A DNA stretch of 64,000 nt, taken from IMG/VR virus record IMGVR_UViG_3300045988_175656. One strand, 5' to 3'. This DNA is from a virus. Both the position numbers and the translations under genes were made by a program. Below are positions 60,366-64,000 of this stretch, piece by piece. The notes below the pieces were generated by a model that was given only the letters and a program-made list of their open reading frames with translations, searched no databases and was not told the origin of the DNA. How positions within the stretch are numbered: position 1 is the first letter of the stretch; each line of letters begins with the position of its first letter.

Positions 60366-61112
60366 ATGGAAAATAAAATAGAATACAAAGATGTAATAAA
60401 AAGTACATCTCATGACCAAAAAGAAATTATGTATAATATCATGCAACTTCATAATGGTGGAAAACCGTTTTATGCTGATATGACATATAGTAGTGGAAAA
60501 TTTTATGAGCCTAAAAAGGGTGACAAATATATAATTCCTGCTCCAACTGTTAAATTGGATGTTGTGCCACAATTTAATGATGTATTAAAATTAGAACCAT
60601 TGGGTAAACTTCCATTTGAGGATAATTCTATTGAATCACTTGTTATTGATTTACCTTTTGTTATCGCTCCACGTGATTCTGCTTCAACAAAACTTACAGA
60701 CCAAAACGGAAGAAATGTTATTATGAATCGTTTTTCTTCTTATTATCCTGTTGCTGAAATGCTTGAAAGTTATCATCATTGGATTAATGAAGCATATAGA
60801 GTATTAAAACCTGATGGCATTTGTGTATTTAAATGCCAAAGTACTGTAACAGGTGGAAAACAACTTATGAGTTGTGAATATAGTTGGCTTTGTGCAACAG
60901 CAGCAGGTTTTTATACTTTAGACCAGTTTTTCTTATTGGCTAAGAATAGACTACATAGTGGAAAGATTAAAACACAGCAACATGCAAGAAAATTCACATC
61001 TACTTTTTATGTATTTAAAAAATCAGACAAAAAGAAAATTTCTTATGTGAAATGGATGGATGATGAAAAACAATCTGAATTTATAAAAAATTTACAAGAC
61101 CAATTAGTATAG
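60366..61112 (+). CDS. putative SAM-dependent DNA methyltransferase
   Basis: First ATG (the track start is a TTG). SLVIDLPFVI resembles the DPP[YF] motif IV, and YRVLKPDGICVFKCQ resembles the typical post-motif segment of amino-methyltransferases. Confidence 0.45.
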   Translation: MENKIEYKDVIKSTSHDQKEIMYNIMQLHNGGKPFYADMTYSSGKFYEPKKGDKYIIPAPTVKLDVVPQFNDVLKLEPLGKLPFEDNSIESLVIDLPFVIAPRDSASTKLTDQNGRNVIMNRFSSYYPVAEMLESYHHWINEAYRVLKPDGICVFKCQSTVTGGKQLMSCEYSWLCATAAGFYTLDQFFLLAKNRLHSGKIKTQQHARKFTSTFYVFKKSDKKKISYVKWMDDEKQSEFIKNLQDQLV

Positions 61113-61115
61113 TTT

Positions 61116-61643
61116 ATGGGACATAGTACGATTATAACTAGAGGAAAAGAATTGGCTTTTCTTCTTCGTCATGATAAAGAATATAAATTTGATAAACATG
61201 GATGGAGAGAAGTTTCAGACCTTATTAAAAATCATCACTATACAATGGATGAACTTAATGAAATTGTTGAAACGAATGATAAAAAACGTTATGAGTTTTC
61301 TGATGATAAAAAGAAGATTCGTGCAAGACAAGGGCATTCAATTGCTGTTGATGTGGAATTGAAAGAAACAACCCCACCTGATGTTCTTTATCATGGAACT
61401 GCTACTCGTTTTATTAGTTCAATTAATAAGCATGGTATTTTAAAAGGTACAAGACAACATGTACATCTTTCTGAAACAATAAGTATTGCAAAAAATGTTG
61501 GAAAGAGACATGGAAACCCTTGTGTTTTTGAAATTGATTCTAAACAAATGTTTGATGATGGTTGCAAATTTTATTTATCAAATAATGGAGTATGGCTTAC
61601 CGATTTCGTGGATAAAAAATATTTTTTAAAATGTATATTTTAA
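61116..61643 (+). CDS. kptA: RNA 2'-phosphotransferase Tpt1/KptA
   Basis: LAFLLRHD, KKRYEF, IRARQGHS, LYHGT and TRQHVHLS are the canonical Tpt1 motifs, and they appear in order. Confidence 0.88.
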   Translation: MGHSTIITRGKELAFLLRHDKEYKFDKHGWREVSDLIKNHHYTMDELNEIVETNDKKRYEFSDDKKKIRARQGHSIAVDVELKETTPPDVLYHGTATRFISSINKHGILKGTRQHVHLSETISIAKNVGKRHGNPCVFEIDSKQMFDDGCKFYLSNNGVWLTDFVDKKYFLKCIF

Positions 61644-61919
61644 ATGGAAAATACTCTTATTTCTTTACCCTTAGCAGAAAAAAGACTTATTGCTAATGAT
61701 ATTCTACTCAAATATCATAGAAGATATAGGGAGCGTACAAGTAGTATGTATTATCATTGGACTTATTTAAAAGAGAAAAATGGAAAGTTACTTCTTATAA
61801 AATGCTATCAACATAATGATTCTTATGTTTGTAATGAAGAAAATCCTGTTAATATAGACCAAGTGTTTAAAAATGAATATGATTATGTAATGGCTTTAAT
61901 AAAAGAATATGGAAAATAA
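61644..61919 (+). CDS. hypothetical protein (tandem paralog A)
   Basis: It shares ..SMYYHWT..K.....L.KC..H.. with the next gene. Confidence 0.5.
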   Translation: MENTLISLPLAEKRLIANDILLKYHRRYRERTSSMYYHWTYLKEKNGKLLLIKCYQHNDSYVCNEENPVNIDQVFKNEYDYVMALIKEYGK

Positions 61920-62244
61920 ATTATTGGGGTTAAATAAAATTTATAAAAAAATATTAGCAGAGAAAATAATTTGTAAATACATTTACAAATATACATCACA
62001 TTATAGTGGAATGTATTATCATTGGACAGATATTAAATGTGATAAAAATAATAGTGGCATTATTTTGGTTAAATGTTCAAGCCATGATTATTCCCCTCAT
62101 ATCAATGAAGATACAAGAGAATATATAGATGAAGTATTAACAGAACATTATGATGAAATTATGAAAACATTAATGGAACATATTGATGATTTTAATGATT
62201 CTCCATTAGGTTTTGTATTTAATGATTTAAAAAAAGTAGTATAA
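61909..62244 (+). CDS. hypothetical protein (tandem paralog B)
   Basis: SGMYYHWTDIKCDKNNSGIILVKCSSHD. It overlaps paralog A by 11 nt. Confidence 0.5.
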   Translation: MENKLLGLNKIYKKILAEKIICKYIYKYTSHYSGMYYHWTDIKCDKNNSGIILVKCSSHDYSPHINEDTREYIDEVLTEHYDEIMKTLMEHIDDFNDSPLGFVFNDLKKVV

Positions 62245-62248
62245 TACT

Positions 62249-62695
62249 ATGGCAAGACATTTTAATGAAGAAATGAAAGATATATGTGAATGGAATAATG
62301 GCAAATATATTATTCCTTGTTTGGTGGATTTTGATGGAACAATTGTTAAACATTGTTTTCCTTTAATTGGAGAACCAGTTCCACATGCTTTAGATTTAAT
62401 GTGTGAATATACACAAAAATATAATTGTGGATGGATTTTGGACACAATGAGAAGTGGAAAATTACTTCAAGATGCTGTTGACTATTTAATATCTAATGGC
62501 ATTAAATTGTATGGTATTGGGAAACATCCTACTCAATACAAATGGACAACATCTAATAAAGCGTATGGAATGTTTAGATGGGATGATAATTGTGCATGTG
62601 CTCCATTAATTGAAGAAAATAATGAGAGAGGGTATTTAGATTGGTTAGCTGTGGATAAAATTATTAGACCTAAATTAGAGCTTATAACAAAATAA
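62249..62695 (+). CDS. HAD-like phosphatase (tentative)
   Basis: CLVDFDGTIV fits the HAD motif I DxDx[TV]. The rest is not recognised. Confidence 0.45.
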   Translation: MARHFNEEMKDICEWNNGKYIIPCLVDFDGTIVKHCFPLIGEPVPHALDLMCEYTQKYNCGWILDTMRSGKLLQDAVDYLISNGIKLYGIGKHPTQYKWTTSNKAYGMFRWDDNCACAPLIEENNERGYLDWLAVDKIIRPKLELITK

Positions 62696-62747
62696 ACTTA
62701 ACCTTTTTTGAAGTGCATATATTTATTATTAGTAATAATATAAATAT

Positions 62748-63863
62748 ATGAGTAGAAAAAAGACATTAAATGAATTTATTGATAAGGCAAAAGAGGTACA
62801 TGGTAATAAATATGATTACTCAAAAGTGAATTATATAAACTCACAAGAAAAAGTATGTATTGTTTGCCATGAACATGGTGAATTTTGGCAGCTTCCATTT
62901 AAACATTTAAAAGGTCAAGGATGCCCAAAATGCTTTAGAAATAATCTTAGTGATATATTAAAATTTTCAATAGATGAATTTATCAAAAAAGCAAAAGAAA
63001 AACATGGATATAAATATGATTATTCAAAAGTAGAATATATAAATAATAAGACAAAGGTTTGTATCATATGTCCTGAACATGGAGAATTTTGGCAAACACC
63101 ACATAATCATTTAAAAGGTTATGGGTGTTCTAAATGCAGTGGAAATTATTTACATACATTAAATGAATTTATTGAAAAATCCAAAGAAATACATGGTGAT
63201 AAATATGGCTACTCTAAAGTAGATTATATTAATGCACTAACAAAAGTATGCATTGTTTGCTCTGAACATGGTGACTTTTGGCAAACACCACATAATCATT
63301 TAAAAGGTCAAGGATGTCCAAAATGCTTTTACACTAAAAATAGTGAAGAAAAGAAGCTAACTTTAGAAATTTTTATTGAAAAAGCAAAAGAGATACATGG
63401 TGATAAATATGATTATTCAAAAGTAAATTATAAAGGATTTCATGATAAAGTATGTATTCTTTGTAAAGAACATGGTGAATTTTGGCAAACACCTGCACAT
63501 CATTTAAGTGGACAAGGATGTAGAAAATGCAATGAAAGTAAATTAGAAAGAATAACAAGAATATTTTTAAAAAAACATAATATAATATCTATTCAAGAAA
63601 AGACTTTTGATTGGTTGATAAAAGACAAAAATCTAAAATTGGATTTTTATTTACCTGAATATAATGTAGCAATTGAATGCCAAGGAATACAACATTTTAA
63701 GCCAATTAATTATTTTGGTGGCTTAAAAGGATTTGAATATATTAAAAAATGTGATTTAATAAAAAAACAAAAATGTTATGAAAATGGTATTAAATTATTT
63801 TATGTCAATTATTATGATGACATAGAACAAAATTTATTAGAAATTATAAATAAATTAAAATAA
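62748..63863 (+). CDS. putative homing endonuclease: 4 zinc-ribbon repeats + Vsr/DUF559-like core (paralog 3 of 3)
   Basis: Four repeats of HG.KYDYSKV.YI....KVCI.C.EHG.FWQTP..HL.G.GC.KC, followed by LKLDFYLPEYNVAIECQGIQHF. Confidence 0.7.
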   Translation: MSRKKTLNEFIDKAKEVHGNKYDYSKVNYINSQEKVCIVCHEHGEFWQLPFKHLKGQGCPKCFRNNLSDILKFSIDEFIKKAKEKHGYKYDYSKVEYINNKTKVCIICPEHGEFWQTPHNHLKGYGCSKCSGNYLHTLNEFIEKSKEIHGDKYGYSKVDYINALTKVCIVCSEHGDFWQTPHNHLKGQGCPKCFYTKNSEEKKLTLEIFIEKAKEIHGDKYDYSKVNYKGFHDKVCILCKEHGEFWQTPAHHLSGQGCRKCNESKLERITRIFLKKHNIISIQEKTFDWLIKDKNLKLDFYLPEYNVAIECQGIQHFKPINYFGGLKGFEYIKKCDLIKKQKCYENGIKLFYVNYYDDIEQNLLEIINKLK

Positions 63864-63906
63864 CATTTTTTAATAATATTAATTTGTTTAATTTCTAAAT
63901 ATATAT

Positions 63907-63914
63907 TATCTTTG
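63907..63914 (+). promoter_or_regulatory. Bacteroidota-type -7 promoter box
   Basis: TATCTTTG lies 26 nt upstream of the ATG at 63941. Confidence 0.4.
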
Positions 63915-63940
63915 TATTATCAATTTAAGTATCAAATAAT

Positions 63941-64000
63941 ATGAATAAAAGAGAAGCGAAGATATTAGCATTAGAAGTATTTGCAAAATATGCTGATAAC
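63941..64000 (+). CDS. 5' end of a gene running off the window (partial)
   Basis: MNKREAKILALEVFAKYADN.. remains open to the window edge. Confidence 0.35.
   Translation, partial: MNKREAKILALEVFAKYADN

Noticed and set aside
1-64000. tRNA, rRNA or tmRNA genes.
   Set aside because: No intergenic segment shows the GC-rich acceptor or T-arm signatures (for example GGTTCGAAT-like). All gaps are short and AT-rich. This was not checked with a covariance model.
1-64000. An alternative genetic code (stop-codon reassignment), as reported for some large gut phages.
   Set aside because: TAA, TAG and TGA all terminate ORFs at positions where the next gene starts within a few nucleotides. Conserved enzymes (PncB, Tpt1, Thg1-like, NadD) are full length under the standard code.

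Overview
This window looks like a densely packed, almost entirely + strand segment of a very AT-rich large phage genome (roughly 25-30% G+C by eye). The host is probably a Bacteroidota member. Supporting signs: about 130 short genes with ATGA/TAATG start-stop overlaps, no Shine-Dalgarno signal, about 20 TAnnTTTG (-7 type) promoter boxes, and six copies of a conserved terminator-hairpin/promoter cassette.

Main candidate system: a phage-borne, adaptation-less, TnpB-sized (552 aa) RuvC effector at 31714-33372. It has its own promoter and lacks the usual zinc ribbon. A promoter-driven structured leader (possible tracrRNA with an 11-nt anti-repeat) follows, then a 10-repeat/9-spacer CRISPR array at 33616-34241. 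The repeats decay toward the distal end and the spacers are clearly more GC-rich than the phage. No cas1, cas2 or cas4 is present in the 64 kb.

Other recognisable content:
- A dispersed NAD+ salvage set: pncA, pncB and nadD.
- An NAD/ADP-ribose and RNA-repair set: Tpt1/KptA, macro domain, an ART-like ORF, an RNA ligase, a Thg1-like 3'-5' polymerase and a HAD-like ORF.
- A metallophosphatase split by a LAGLIDADG intein, preceded by an AAA+ ATPase.
- The three parts of a TerY-P-like triad: a PP2C phosphatase, a Ser/Thr kinase and a vWA protein. The vWA part is fused in frame to a homing-endonuclease-like gene.
- Three paralogous zinc-ribbon-repeat/Vsr-like endonuclease genes plus a fourth related one.
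- SSB, a RecB-family nuclease, a DUF262 protein, an OmpA-family protein, an HNH protein, a DNA methyltransferase-like protein and an ASCH protein.

Other oddities:
- A roughly 120-nt G+C-rich, A-depleted patch inside one gene that resembles a DGR variable region.
- Two palindromic 5'-UTR elements with compensatory substitutions upstream of paralogous genes.
- A poly-A frameshift in a small zinc-ribbon gene.
- Several tandem paralog families.

Most ORFs have no recognisable function from sequence alone. All functional calls come from motif recognition by eye and need HMM or structure confirmation.
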